Shown: one piece after another, positions 63,140 through 64,000 of the stretch
Position numbering within the stretch: the stretch's first letter is position 1
How the letters are laid out: every line of letters begins with the position of its first letter
Origin: an uncultured bacterium
GTDB lineage: Bacteria > Chlamydiota > Chlamydiia > Chlamydiales > SM23-39
NCBI GenBank assembly: GCA_964630875.1
Contig: CAZVXF010000003.1
Location: 13,404-77,403, forward strand
Length of the DNA: 64,000 nt
Direction of reading: 5' to 3'
The notes under the pieces: model-generated
The model's input: only the letters and a program-made list of their open reading frames with translations
What the model was told of the DNA's origin: nothing
The model's database searches: none
Program-made: the position numbers and the translations under genes

Positions 63140-63892
63140 TTAGACCCTATTTAAAATTTCTGAAGTGAGGGATCGATAATCTAGGGATGCCCTGGATGTT
63201 GGAGCTGTCTCAAAAATCGGCTTCCCGTATATTGTCGCTTCAGATACCGCAATATCGCGTCTCACTTTTGTTTGCAAGAGCTTTCCAGGGAAAGTGGTCT
63301 CTGTGACATTCAGGAATGCTTGGTTGCTTTTCCCTCTTGGATTCCAAAATGAGAGGGCAACGCCGAGCACTTTCGTTCCGTGTCTTTCTGAGATGTTATT
63401 AATGAATAGAGAAAGTCTTTGTAGACCTTTCACGCTATAAAATTCGGGTGTCGCGCAGACCAATGAGTATTGTGAAGCAATCAGAGAGGATTCTGTAAGC
63501 CAACAAAGCGAGGGCGGTGTATCGATAAGAATAAAGTCATAGTCGAGATCTTTGAGGATTTCTTTCAACCGTTCATGGGAGTATCGATCTGCGGCGAGTG
63601 ATCCGGAGACTTCGACTCTCTCCAGCCATGTATCTGCTGGAATTAAATACATATTTGGAATGCAGGTAGGTAGGATGACTTCCTCAAGTGTTTTCTCACC
63701 TTGAAGGATCGGTGCGATACTGTCTTGCTCGTCAGGATCGAATCCAAGTCCTGTTGTCAAATTGGCCTGCGCATCAAAATCAATGAGCAGGACTTTTTTC
63801 TTGTGAAATTTACAAAGCGCTGACCCAATATGCAGGGTGGTGGAGGTTTTTGCGGTGCCTCCTTTAAACGAACTAACAGAAATTATGACCAT
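63140..63892 (-). CDS. parA: ParA/MinD-family partition ATPase (pGP5-D-related)
   Basis: Deviant Walker A VSSFKGGTAKTSTT, LLIDFDAQANLT and ILIDTPPSL. Confidence 0.85.
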   Translation of the reverse strand: MVIISVSSFKGGTAKTSTTLHIGSALCKFHKKKVLLIDFDAQANLTTGLGFDPDEQDSIAPILQGEKTLEEVILPTCIPNMYLIPADTWLERVEVSGSLAADRYSHERLKEILKDLDYDFILIDTPPSLCWLTESSLIASQYSLVCATPEFYSVKGLQRLSLFINNISERHGTKVLGVALSFWNPRGKSNQAFLNVTETTFPGKLLQTKVRRDIAVSEATIYGKPIFETAPTSRASLDYRSLTSEILNRV

Positions 63893-63895
63893 ATC

Positions 63896-64000
63896 TTAAG
63901 TCGTTGTTGAAAATGGTGACATCAATGCTTTTGTTTCTCTTTCATGGATGATTTTAGAGAGGAAATCATTCAACACGATTTCTCCATGTACTACGTTGTC
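63896..64000 (-). CDS. 3' end of an unidentified gene (5' end outside the window)
   Basis: The frame is open on the minus strand from the window edge, ending ...DNVVHGEIVLNDFLSKIIHERETKALMSPFSTTT*. The stop lies 3 nt before the parA start. Confidence 0.3.
   Translation of the reverse strand, partial: DNVVHGEIVLNDFLSKIIHERETKALMSPFSTTT

Noticed and set aside
1-64000. Window-wide scan for CRISPR arrays, transposases, integrases, phage structural genes, restriction-modification genes and rRNA
   Set aside because: None were recognised in any listed ORF or in the repeat structure. The convergent 3' overlaps (uvrD/222-aa, rpoN/KdoO-like, uvrB/DUF202, TagF-like/mreC) look like general genome compaction rather than specific features.

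Overview
The window looks like a compact chromosomal segment from an environmental member of the Chlamydiae. This is inferred from sequence signatures; no database was searched. The signatures are: TopA with a C-terminal SWIB domain, a ~730-aa GreA, a long tandem-type ThyX, sigma-54, MreC, a chromosomal ParA/pGP6-D pair, an Inc-like protein with a bilobed hydrophobic domain, and beta-barrel genes with the MOMP N-terminal signature (PVGNPSSP...GGYEGDFVFD). Most of the window is housekeeping and envelope content. This includes DNA repair (mutY, uvrD, uvrB, ung, recA), LPS/lipid genes (GT9, KdoO-like, GT4, GT90, psd, a CDP-alcohol phosphatidyltransferase, PAP2), five porin-like beta-barrels and two tRNAs (Ala-GGC, Pro-GGG). 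Many genes overlap by ATGA or at convergent 3' ends. I saw no CRISPR array, IS element, integrase or prophage genes. The accessory part is 12.9-21.9 kb. My top candidate for a new system is there: a tandemly duplicated cassette of a CPBP intramembrane protease plus small proteins. These proteins share an N-terminal module ending in an invariant VVARDVFASLPTMGIIDP motif followed by a TM helix. The same module sits in frame upstream of an AAA+ ATPase but is cut off from it by a single TAG. The second cassette is decaying (CPBP frameshift, AAA 5' remnant) and has gained an ankyrin-repeat tail. Other notable items: a porin with a ~170-residue Cys-Pro repeat N-terminal extension encoded by tandem DNA repeats; a eukaryote-like sterol-methyltransferase-family gene; an nfeD-flotillin-unknown operon; a small gene whose stop codon lies inside tRNA-Pro; a GspL/PilM-like operon; and a Fic pseudogene. 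All functional calls rest on motifs I recognised by eye and should be confirmed by HMM or BLAST searches.
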